A model generated the notes under the pieces. That model was not told the origin of the DNA. It ran no database searches and saw nothing but the letters and a program-made list of their open reading frames with translations. From IMG/VR virus record IMGVR_UViG_3300031993_000016: DNA of 64,000 nucleotides, one strand, 5' to 3'. Position 1 is the stretch's first letter. Every line of letters begins with the position of its first letter. The DNA is from a virus (taxonomy: Duplodnaviria; Caudoviricetes). Positions 40,616 to 48,970 of the stretch are shown here, piece after piece. Made by a program: the position numbers and the translations under genes.

Positions 40616-41185
40616 TTATCTACGATGTAATGACTGCTGATATTTTTCAGCGCATTCACCTATGTAAGCAACTGCATCATCATAGTTAGTGAATATTTCA
40701 TCATTTATTCGTATATCTCTAACTTTCCATTTAACTCCAAGCTTTCTTGTAGTTGATTCACGGCGTTTTCGAATCCATTGTAATACATCTTCATCTTCAG
40801 TAGGTGAATGATTTGATATACGCAGGAATATCACGAATTTCATTGTACCTAGTACGTTTTGTTCTAGATCAGCTAATGTAAAGTATTTTGAAGTTTCGCT
40901 TGTCTTGCTTTCTGACTTTTCTAGAATAATTAGATTGTGATCTTCTAACTCTAAAATAGCTTCCGCAATGAATGCATGATAGTCTGCAAGTGTTTGAGCA
41001 TCTATTTTATCTCTATCGGCAGATATCATAGACGCAGCAACCTGTTCAACATCACGATCTAGTTCAACAATTATATCCATATTTAATTCATCGCTACGTA
41101 ACAATTTCTTCACAATCCTCCACCTCGCATCATATTTATCTTGAATACTATCAGTTTTGACTGATGGGTGTGTTATTGCATACAC
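40616..41185 (-). CDS. RISNH-motif family protein
   Basis: TSKYF...IFLRISNH; start uncertain. Confidence 0.7.
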   Translation of the reverse strand: MYAITHPSVKTDSIQDKYDARWRIVKKLLRSDELNMDIIVELDRDVEQVAASMISADRDKIDAQTLADYHAFIAEAILELEDHNLIILEKSESKTSETSKYFTLADLEQNVLGTMKFVIFLRISNHSPTEDEDVLQWIRKRRESTTRKLGVKWKVRDIRINDEIFTNYDDAVAYIGECAEKYQQSLHRR

Positions 41186-41195
41186 TATAACGATA

Positions 41196-41342
41196 TTACT
41201 TCTCAGATTTCTTAGCTTGTTGCTGTGATATCTTTATAGCTTGTCCTTGTTTAGTAGCTTTCTTTTTAGCATCTTTACCGTAATAGATTTTACCAGTTTT
41301 GCCGTATTGATAACCGCCTGATTTTGTTTCATGTACTGGCAT
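41196..41342 (-). CDS. Small basic protein
   Basis: MPVHETKSGGYQYGKTGKIYY...KQGQAI; GGAGG RBS. Confidence 0.65.
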   Translation of the reverse strand: MPVHETKSGGYQYGKTGKIYYGKDAKKKATKQGQAIKISQQQAKKSEK

Positions 41343-41347
41343 ATGAA

Positions 41348-41710
41348 TCACCTCCAAGCTACATTGAAATTCTTCTCTATGCCATTCCATAGATATGTGA
41401 GATGGCCATCTGGATATAAGCTGATATATGTAGAAGTAATCGGATTATTATCTTCTTGTGTTTGATAATAGCATCCATCGCCTTCATGTTCATACATCTT
41501 TGTGTATTCAACCCAAGTATTTGGATAGAGTTCGATTTCTATTGTTTGTGGATATTCTGCGTAATCGCAAAAGATATCATCAGTAGCTTCGATAGAATAA
41601 TTAGTTGCAGATTTGAAAGCATTAATCAAGTTCTTGGCTGCGATGCTACCATTTTGTATATTGTTCCTAGACTCATATAGAGCTTCAGGAACGTCTATGA
41701 TTACTTTCAT
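41348..41710 (-). CDS. Hypothetical protein
   Basis: RBS before MKVIIDVPE. Confidence 0.65.
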   Translation of the reverse strand: MKVIIDVPEALYESRNNIQNGSIAAKNLINAFKSATNYSIEATDDIFCDYAEYPQTIEIELYPNTWVEYTKMYEHEGDGCYYQTQEDNNPITSTYISLYPDGHLTYLWNGIEKNFNVAWR

Positions 41711-41739
41711 ATAATTACCTCCGTTTTTATGATTCCTTT

Positions 41740-41795
41740 TTGACGCACCCATCGGCTAAAGCCAATGGGATTCTTGCTTCACCGTGCGGTTGCAC
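41740..41795 (-). mobile_element. Orphan IS200/IS605 (TnpB-type) right-end remnant
   Basis: GTGAAGCAAGAATCCCATTGGCTTTAGCCGATGGGTGCGTCAA; 34/35 nt identical, inverted, to the IscB element end 17229-17263. Confidence 0.8.
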
Positions 41796-42205
41796 TATTC
41801 AGTAATTACTTTTGTAATTGCTTCTTCATATGAAATATTGTCCCAATATATTTTACCTGATTTATTTTCTACAGTTATTTTTGTGTTTCTAACAAATGGA
41901 CAAGTAAGTAAGAAATCTATGATTGGTTTGTACCAATTGAAATCTGCTGAAGTGATTCTGAATGTAAGCTTATTGTCCCACCATAATCTCACTTTGCACC
42001 AGTTTTGATTATATGTGTATAATATAGCTTGTTTTAATTCTTCAGCAGGGTTAGCTCGATATTGTTTGCAATTCCACTTGTCTAAATTAGAACCATATTC
42101 TGAAACTATATCTACAACGCTATCAAATTCAAATGATTCAGACGGATGCGCATATACATCTATGCAGTTGCCGGATCTATCTAATAACCATGCTCTGCTG
42201 AACAT
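41795..42205 (-). CDS. Hypothetical protein, leaderless paralog of 1..553
   Basis: WLLDRSGN..DV..HPS; FRITSADFNWYKPIID. Confidence 0.75.
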   Translation of the reverse strand: MFSRAWLLDRSGNCIDVYAHPSESFEFDSVVDIVSEYGSNLDKWNCKQYRANPAEELKQAILYTYNQNWCKVRLWWDNKLTFRITSADFNWYKPIIDFLLTCPFVRNTKITVENKSGKIYWDNISYEEAITKVITE

Positions 42206-42258
42206 ATTCTGTTACCTCCTTCATTATCTATAACGAATTTGATGTTGTAAAGTAGCTA

Positions 42259-42804
42259 TTAGAAAACTCCACCTTTATCAAAATAATCGTATTGACCTTC
42301 TTGAATACTTGTGCTATATATACGACATACACCTGGGTCACCAACTTGTAAGCAAGTGTTATATATGTACCAAGATTCAGCTAGCGGGTCAACATCTACT
42401 TCTTCAAAAGTTTCTTGGCTCCTTGGATCATCAACATATTTCATAAACGCATCGTTAACTGCATTTATAATCTGCATATCAGAACTGTATTGAGATGCAT
42501 CTATACCAAAAACTTCCTCTATATTCCAAGCCCACGCACCAAAATTGTTTATACTCCCGTTTCTAGGAGCTTCACCTACATAATAACCTTGATATGTAGG
42601 CCTATTACCGTTAGGAAATACTTCAACATAGAAAACATCCATATTACCTATTGATTTTCCTAAGACTTCAACTATAGCTTCGCTAGGATTATCACCACCA
42701 TACCACGTACTATATCCACTTTCATATCGTTCTCGATCGCATGTTACATAATCTTTGTTATCATCTGTATCTGTTACAGCAGATGATTTGATGTATCTTT
42801 TCAT
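42259..42804 (-). CDS. Acidic protein with MKRYIKSS leader
   Basis: ORF with RBS. Confidence 0.75.
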   Translation of the reverse strand: MKRYIKSSAVTDTDDNKDYVTCDRERYESGYSTWYGGDNPSEAIVEVLGKSIGNMDVFYVEVFPNGNRPTYQGYYVGEAPRNGSINNFGAWAWNIEEVFGIDASQYSSDMQIINAVNDAFMKYVDDPRSQETFEEVDVDPLAESWYIYNTCLQVGDPGVCRIYSTSIQEGQYDYFDKGGVF

Positions 42805-42819
42805 ACATATGTCTCCTTT

Positions 42820-43149
42820 CTATATCATATAATGACCACGTCTCTGCAAACTAGCTTTAGCTGCACGTTTTACACGACCCCAATCATGTGCTGCAAGATC
42901 TTCAAGAACTTCTACAGGTGTATTTGGATTATCAGCAACGCTGCGTCGCACATCTGGATAGTAATCATTTGCAAGTTTACTAAGGACGTCTGCAGGTGTA
43001 CCTGGATTTTGTGCAACCATTTGTCTTACAGCTACATGTTCATGACGTGCAAGTTGTGCAAGAATATCTGGAGCAGTTGTTTCATCTCTTGCCAGGTCAC
43101 GTATCTTATCTATACCTGTTAGGGTAGAAGATCTAATGTATCGTTTCAT
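42820..43149 (-). CDS. LRV/HEAT-like repeat protein with MKRYIRSS leader
   Basis: Three ~24-aa repeats, VR..VA.NP.TP..VL..LA.D. Confidence 0.8.
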   Translation of the reverse strand: MKRYIRSSTLTGIDKIRDLARDETTAPDILAQLARHEHVAVRQMVAQNPGTPADVLSKLANDYYPDVRRSVADNPNTPVEVLEDLAAHDWGRVKRAAKASLQRRGHYMI

Positions 43150-43372
43150 GCACTACCTCCTTGGACTGAGCTAATCTATCTACTATTGCATCATATGCTC
43201 TTCTTAAATCATCTTCAGACATTGTTACATAATATCTTACATAATATCCTTCATCTGGATCACTGTCGTCTTCAGAAGCACCATACTGGTCTAGAATAGA
43301 TTCTATAAGTTCATATTCATGAGATTCTTCAATCAACATATCTATCGCATCCATGTATTCTTCACGTGTCAT
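43133..43372 (-). CDS. Small acidic protein
   Basis: ORF with RBS. Confidence 0.65.
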   Translation of the reverse strand: MTREEYMDAIDMLIEESHEYELIESILDQYGASEDDSDPDEGYYVRYYVTMSEDDLRRAYDAIVDRLAQSKEVVHETIH

Positions 43373-43382
43373 ATTACACCTC

Positions 43383-43592
43383 CTACAAATATATTCGCTT
43401 ATCTCTACGAAGAGTACTTGTCATCTTCTCTACATCTTCGAGTACAGATGCAAGTCCCATATCAGTTAAATCATTTGCATGATTTGCAAACTCAGTTGCA
43501 TACTCTATAAGTTCTTGAAGTTCAATATCTAGATCATCTGCCATTCTAGATCTTGATCTAGCATCATTTGATGCTGTGATTATCTTTTTCAT
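43383..43592 (-). CDS. Small helical protein with MKKIITAS leader
   Basis: ORF with RBS. Confidence 0.7.
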   Translation of the reverse strand: MKKIITASNDARSRSRMADDLDIELQELIEYATEFANHANDLTDMGLASVLEDVEKMTSTLRRDKRIYL

Positions 43593-43646
43593 AAACTATC
43601 TCCTTATCTATCACCTTATATTTATTTACAAAGGTGGTGATTATTA

Positions 43647-44291
43647 TTGTACAATAACGAAAAACGCATTGAAACTAATCTACTTAAATATAAGGTTCAA
43701 AATGTAGCCCAGCTTCCAGAAATTCAAGAGAAGCGACGAAAGACATTTGAGACAAAGAGAACTACTATTCTATTCTATCAAGAGCCTCGTGTTAATGTGA
43801 TTGATGGACATGATTTAACTGTATATCGTCTCAATAAAGATGTAGCAGACTGTTGGCTCAATAAGTATCATCCATTTAAAGCTCCAAAAGGTAATGTGTT
43901 ATGTTTAGGGTTAGTTAAAGATGACATTATATATTGTATAATGACATTTAAGAAATCACGTGATTCTCAATATGTAGCAGAGTTATCTCGCCTTTGGATG
44001 CTTCCAACCTATCAAATTATAGGTGGATACGATATTCTTTCAAATGAAGCGTCTCAATTAGGCCTGTACAATATTGTTGCTTATGTCAATATGTCATTTG
44101 AGAATTATAAAGATTATGAGTCGATTGGTATGAAGTATGTTAGAGATGTGCAGAGAACGAAGTGGTGGGTTAGAGGTGATGCGAAGATATCAGATGCTTC
44201 TCGTCGTCAATCAAAATTAAAACAGGAAGATATGACCGCTTCTGGATATCTTCCTGTATATGATTGTGGTATTAGGGTTTATGTGGTGTGA
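43647..44291 (+). CDS. Stand-alone Mom-like GNAT-fold domain protein (no nuclease domain)
   Basis: KYKVQNVAQLPEI repeat; WLNKYH...LGL...MTF...ELSRL...IIGG...YLPVYDCG, matching the C-domain of 45419..46942. Confidence 0.65.
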   Translation: MYNNEKRIETNLLKYKVQNVAQLPEIQEKRRKTFETKRTTILFYQEPRVNVIDGHDLTVYRLNKDVADCWLNKYHPFKAPKGNVLCLGLVKDDIIYCIMTFKKSRDSQYVAELSRLWMLPTYQIIGGYDILSNEASQLGLYNIVAYVNMSFENYKDYESIGMKYVRDVQRTKWWVRGDAKISDASRRQSKLKQEDMTASGYLPVYDCGIRVYVV

Positions 44292-44312
44292 TCATTGATT
44301 CAAAGGCTGTGT

Positions 44313-44636
44313 TTACCTAACGAATCCAATCTCAAGTTCTCTGCATTTCTGCAGGAAAAGATCACGAAGTTCTTCAGTACCTTCATAATATTGAGCGATT
44401 TCAATTAATTCATCATCACCCCAATCATCAATATTGAATGTTATATTATTGACCATATGCTCAAATGTTTCATTATCTAAAGGTCCACCAATATCAAACT
44501 TATACCCCTCAAGAATGTCAGTAACTACATCTTCAAGTTCATTGACATTATAAACAGCATCCTCGCCTTTCACATACTTCTTATTTGTTCCGCATGATGC
44601 CTTTACACTCTGTGGATATACTTTAAATCTTTTCAT
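44313..44636 (-). CDS. Acidic protein with MKRFKVYPQSVKAS leader
   Basis: ORF with RBS. Confidence 0.7.
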   Translation of the reverse strand: MKRFKVYPQSVKASCGTNKKYVKGEDAVYNVNELEDVVTDILEGYKFDIGGPLDNETFEHMVNNITFNIDDWGDDELIEIAQYYEGTEELRDLFLQKCRELEIGFVR

Positions 44637-44720
44637 TGTTTGCGTTCCTCCTATATAATAATATGTAATATACCATGATCAACAGCTTCATTGATCTATA
44701 AATATAAGTTGAGCTAGAAT

Positions 44721-45014
44721 TTAAACTAACTCCATTATTTGCATCATTGTATGGGCCATCCTCTGATGTTTAGCTGAAACTTTTTCAGGTACTTTATCTT
44801 CAGGATATGCAGTGTTTAATGCATAAGTTATATCGTCTTCATCAATCGAACGAGCGTATTTTAAAGATGACTCTACAAGATCACATTTATAATAGCTCCA
44901 ATGATATTTGTCTCGGAGTATCATATATATTGCGCCGCGAATTTCAGCAACATTACTTGGGTCGTCTACTTTGTAGATGTTATTGTCTATTGTTGATTTG
45001 ATAAATCTTTTCAT
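44721..45014 (-). CDS. Protein with MKRFIKST leader
   Basis: ORF with RBS. Confidence 0.7.
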   Translation of the reverse strand: MKRFIKSTIDNNIYKVDDPSNVAEIRGAIYMILRDKYHWSYYKCDLVESSLKYARSIDEDDITYALNTAYPEDKVPEKVSAKHQRMAHTMMQIMELV

Positions 45015-45105
45015 TGTGCGTTTACTCTCCTTGTCTATTAGATTCTTCTACTTATATGATCTCTGTATCTTCTCTTTATACATCTGACGAACTTAATCAT
45101 TTATA

Positions 45106-45313
45106 TTAAAGGTTGTTATTAAGTTGATATTCCCATCTTATTACTCCGGAATCAAATACTTGAACATATCCGTGAGACTCCATGACTCCTCGCTCTGTAT
45201 AGTTAGCGTCATGTAAATCATCAAATAAGTTTGGTAAATTAGATTTTTGACATTAATCTACGTGATGATTTAGTTTCAAATTCATCACCGCATATTGCAC
45301 AGATTCGTTTCAT
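45106..45313 (-). pseudogene. Internally deleted relic of the Zn-finger/nuclease/GNAT family
   Basis: RBS + MKRICAICGDEFETKSSR joined out of frame to CQKSNLPNLFDD...ESHGYVQVFDSGVIRWEY, matching the C-terminus of 46954..48852. Confidence 0.85.
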
Positions 45314-45348
45314 TATAGATACCTCCATGAAAGTTTATATTGAAAGGA

Positions 45349-45388
45349 AGTAATCTAGAATTCATGGCTTCTAGAAACACTGGCCGGT
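45349..45388 (-). repeat. Conserved ~40-nt element, copy A
   Basis: ACCGGCCAGTGTTTCTAGA-N10-TCTAGATTACT. Confidence 0.85.
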
Positions 45389-45418
45389 GCTGTCCTTCCT
45401 ACAATATCTGTAACGATT

Positions 45419-46942
45419 TTAGGTTAAACTACCATATACATACACCGCTTGTCCGCAATCATAAACTGGTAACCACCCGTTATCTAACATGAGCTGCTCA
45501 TTAGAAGTACCTTTACCATAATTGGCACCAAATAACTGATCATAACCACGCTGATTAAGCAGATTCTGTGTGATCTTTTTATCATCTTTTGACCATATTT
45601 TATTAGGTTCAGCAATGTATGTCAATTGCATACCAATTGCTTCATATACATCCCCACGAAACTTTGCTAAATCGCAATATGATATAACAGAATCATTCAG
45701 ATGATCTGATCGAAAATGTTTGAATAGTTTAGACGCGCCTCCTATGATTCTATACCTTGAACGCGTACATAATCTAAGTAATTCAAAATTATACTTATTA
45801 TTATATCTAGGTTTTCCAAATGTCATCAATTGCATAAGCTGATTGTCATAATATAACCCATAACAAATCTCTTGCCCTTTACAACTACCCTGAATATGAA
45901 ATTGCGCTGTAAATTTATTAGCATCAGATTTAGATACCTGTCGAATTTCACAATTTCTTGCATAAATAGATGTCTTAGGTATTAGCATATTAAGAATATC
46001 ATCCCAATTATCCCAATCAAATACATGAATACATCTGTACCCATTATCTAAAGCAAGTTTAGTCTTAGTTAAATGATAATTAGGATCTAATCCATCAGAA
46101 TCCCAATGATTACCAAAAGAATTATGCGTATATGTAGGATCAATTTCAATGAGTATGTCACCTGATTTAAGATCATAAGAACATTTATCTATGTGAAATT
46201 CAAATTCAAATTCAATGTTATTCGCTTCAAGCACGTCTCCGAAGCGTTTATTTATATTAGAAATAACAGATGAAGCATTTCGGCATTCGTCTCGCATACA
46301 ATTATAAGGTACACCATATTTATCTAAGCAAACTTGGGTAATCTTTTGCTTTACAATAGGATTTTGCGATGGATTAGAATAACCCGTTTCACGTAGCCGA
46401 TTTGATACAATCTTTGAGCGAATTTCAGGTACAGCTAACACGTTTTCGTAGCCGTATCTTTCTAAATTGGTTTGTTTGGCCTTTTCATGTATTGTATCAC
46501 ATTGAAGCGGGACTCTTACACCATAATGAGATTCAACCGAATCCTGTTGTTTAGAATGAATTTCAGATACTTGCATTGGGTTATCTACACCATACGTATC
46601 TTGAAAATGTTGTTTTATTTTTGATTGAATCAAGACAGATTTACTAGGATTATCAACACCATAGCGTTCTATACAAGTAGCTCTTATCCTTGCTTTAACT
46701 TCTTGCAACTGATTTGGATTATCTACACCATATTTCAATTGCATAGTTTTCTTACGAGATAGATTACCTAATTGTTGCCCACATTTCAATGAACAAGTTT
46801 TAGATGTGTATGGAGGTTTTCGTATAAAAGTTTCTCCACATACACAACAAACAGAAGTGTGCTCAGATTTACACACTTCTGCTCGTTTACTTTTAGCAAC
46901 AAATTGTTTACCACACAATTTACATATCTTAATATATTCCAT
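45419..46942 (-). CDS. Zn-finger + YGV.NP repeats + Vsr-like endonuclease + Mom-like GNAT domain (Hef-like)
   Basis: CKLCG; (K/R)YGVDNP repeats; YDL...IEIDPTYTH; YARNCEIR...HIQG...ELLRLC...GGASKLF...WLPVYDCG; RBS favours ATG 46942. Confidence 0.75.
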   Translation of the reverse strand: MEYIKICKLCGKQFVAKSKRAEVCKSEHTSVCCVCGETFIRKPPYTSKTCSLKCGQQLGNLSRKKTMQLKYGVDNPNQLQEVKARIRATCIERYGVDNPSKSVLIQSKIKQHFQDTYGVDNPMQVSEIHSKQQDSVESHYGVRVPLQCDTIHEKAKQTNLERYGYENVLAVPEIRSKIVSNRLRETGYSNPSQNPIVKQKITQVCLDKYGVPYNCMRDECRNASSVISNINKRFGDVLEANNIEFEFEFHIDKCSYDLKSGDILIEIDPTYTHNSFGNHWDSDGLDPNYHLTKTKLALDNGYRCIHVFDWDNWDDILNMLIPKTSIYARNCEIRQVSKSDANKFTAQFHIQGSCKGQEICYGLYYDNQLMQLMTFGKPRYNNKYNFELLRLCTRSRYRIIGGASKLFKHFRSDHLNDSVISYCDLAKFRGDVYEAIGMQLTYIAEPNKIWSKDDKKITQNLLNQRGYDQLFGANYGKGTSNEQLMLDNGWLPVYDCGQAVYVYGSLT

Positions 46943-46953
46943 ATTGATACCTC

Positions 46954-48852
46954 CTACATAGGTATAATAAGAGAGTAATCTAGATGATGTAGGCATCTAG
47001 AAACACTGGCCGGTTGATTAGAGGAAGGCGTGTATTCCCATCGGATAACTCCTGAGTCAAATACACGACCATATCCATGAGCTGTCATTATTTCAACTTC
47101 AGTATTGTGTTCGACATCAATAGTATCATCGCGAAGCAGCTTCTTAAGATTAGATTTCTGACATGTTACTCGATTATAATAGCATTCAGAATTCGGATCA
47201 ACCCATACGTATCCCGGATCTGATCGATGTATTTCAACAAAGCCTAAAATCTTGTAAAGATTTCCAGAAGTAGTGGCAATATCGGAAAAAGAAACGATTT
47301 TATCAGGATACCAATGTCTACAGAAGTAGCTGAATAGTTTGCTTGCACCTCCTACAACATTGTAATTTAACTTAGAACAAAATCTAGACAACTCCCAGCT
47401 ATCTTCATTGTTGATCCGACCACTTAAATTTCGCATTTTACCAAATGTCATGAGAGAAACTAATTCATCGTTATCATAAAGACCTAACCGTATGGAACAC
47501 GTAGTAGGACCTTGTCTATGATTGATGCGAAGAAACTCTCGAGCATCTGACCAACTAACTTCTCTTAGGTGCAAGTTCCGTGCAAATAGTTTACGAGTTG
47601 TGTTACCTAATGCATTTCGTAACATGGAAACCATGATATCTTTATGATTAACCCAATCGTATCCAAATACATGTATAAGTCGAATACCTGCTTGCTGTGC
47701 CAAATCTGACTTATCCTTATGATAAGATTTAGGTACAATATTACCTTCATGCATGAATGCAATATCGGAATTGTGCGTCCATGTAGGATTACACTCAATT
47801 CCAAGCTTATAATCCGGCAAGTAAATATCAATTTCATAAGGGCTTATGATAGATCTAGAATGCGGTATAATAACTGCATCAGGTACGGTTGTATGTATGA
47901 TGTTGGTGATATCTTGCTCCATATTAGATATGTTACATTGTACCAAATCATGTAAACAGTATTTTACTATGTAATATGATATAGTTGTGTCACAGACTCC
48001 AGTAGATTCGGATAGTTCCTTATAAGTTGGTTTATGATCAAATTGAGTTAGTATGTAATTTTTAGGATCTGATTTAAATTGTTCGTAGTAGTTATATCTA
48101 TCGGGATTTACTACAGTTGTTTTCAGATACTCCGGTGAAAATATATAAGCAGGGCCTCCATATTTTTTAAAGTTAGTTTCAGTGCGTTGTTTGATGATTT
48201 CATCAGCTTGTGCTGCATATTCTACACCATAACGCTTTAAGCATGTAGCTTTCACTTTAGCTTGAATATCTTCATTGGATAGCGCATTCTCATGACCATA
48301 ACGTTCTAAATTAGTGGATTGTATATGTTGTCGTAACTCCTCAGATTGCATAGGTGATGCAACTCCATATTTATCTAGCATACCTTGCACCATTCGAGCC
48401 CGTATTTCCGGATCTTTAGAATAATGATCTACACCATAAAGTTCTAAACTATGTTGTTTTATTCTTTCTTGAATCTCAGCACTTTGAGATAAATTATCTA
48501 CACCATATCGAGATTTTACAGTCTGATGAACCTTTTCTTTAATATCACTGCGCTGTAGTGGATTAGCTGCTCCATATCGTTCTAAATTAGTAGCTTCTCG
48601 TTTCTGTTGAGCTTGTAATTTAGCTTCAGCAGATCTATTTTGATGTCCCTCGGAAATAACAATCTTTCGGCATTCTGAACATGTTCGAGGCCCATATTTC
48701 ATATAATTTACATAAGATTCTTTTACTAACAACGGTTGGCCGCATCGAGCGCATGGTCTATAATGATCATCTCCACAAGACTGTGCTTTTGCAGAATGCG
48801 CCATAAAAACTTTACCACACCATACACATTTTCTTTCACCATAGTTTCGCAT
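46954..48852 (-). CDS. Zn-finger + YGV.N repeats + Vsr-like endonuclease + Mom-like GNAT domain (Hef-like)
   Basis: CVWCG; about seven (R/K)YG repeats; EIDIYLP...IECNPTWTH; HRQG...ELSRFC...GGASKLF...VFDSG. Confidence 0.75.
   Translation of the reverse strand: MRNYGERKCVWCGKVFMAHSAKAQSCGDDHYRPCARCGQPLLVKESYVNYMKYGPRTCSECRKIVISEGHQNRSAEAKLQAQQKREATNLERYGAANPLQRSDIKEKVHQTVKSRYGVDNLSQSAEIQERIKQHSLELYGVDHYSKDPEIRARMVQGMLDKYGVASPMQSEELRQHIQSTNLERYGHENALSNEDIQAKVKATCLKRYGVEYAAQADEIIKQRTETNFKKYGGPAYIFSPEYLKTTVVNPDRYNYYEQFKSDPKNYILTQFDHKPTYKELSESTGVCDTTISYYIVKYCLHDLVQCNISNMEQDITNIIHTTVPDAVIIPHSRSIISPYEIDIYLPDYKLGIECNPTWTHNSDIAFMHEGNIVPKSYHKDKSDLAQQAGIRLIHVFGYDWVNHKDIMVSMLRNALGNTTRKLFARNLHLREVSWSDAREFLRINHRQGPTTCSIRLGLYDNDELVSLMTFGKMRNLSGRINNEDSWELSRFCSKLNYNVVGGASKLFSYFCRHWYPDKIVSFSDIATTSGNLYKILGFVEIHRSDPGYVWVDPNSECYYNRVTCQKSNLKKLLRDDTIDVEHNTEVEIMTAHGYGRVFDSGVIRWEYTPSSNQPASVSRCLHHLDYSLIIPM
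46974..47014 (-). repeat. Conserved ~40-nt element, copy B
   Basis: ACCGGCCAGTGTTTCTAGA-N11-TCTAGATTACT. Confidence 0.85.
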
Positions 48853-48917
48853 AGATAACCTCCTTTAATAAATAAAAGGTTTGTTGATTTGATTACTATA
48901 ACGAATTTAACAAAAAA

Positions 48918-48943
48918 CAAGACCCAGATTGCTCTGAGTCTTG
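48918..48943 (-). terminator. Intrinsic terminator after tail sheath
   Basis: CAAGACTCAGA-GCAA-TCTGGGTCTTG followed by a T run. Confidence 0.75.
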
Positions 48944-48970
48944 TGTTGAAACAAATTGTATCAAGTATGA

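Larger units (their letters stand above)
6872..48908 (-). promoter_or_regulatory. Dispersed motif B, AAWWTCGTTAWA: candidate early/middle promoter, ~18 copies
   Basis: Plus-strand TAACGA at 6874, 6896, 15626, 18252, 18608, 21527, 24002, 27753, 30753, 31419, 33021, 35412, 35691, 37630, 41188, 42231, 45411, 48899; at gene boundaries, same orientation. Confidence 0.8.

Noticed and set aside
45106-45313. MKRIC start as a member of the MKRYIKS leader family
   Set aside because: It is the Zn-finger start (CAICG) of the nuclease family
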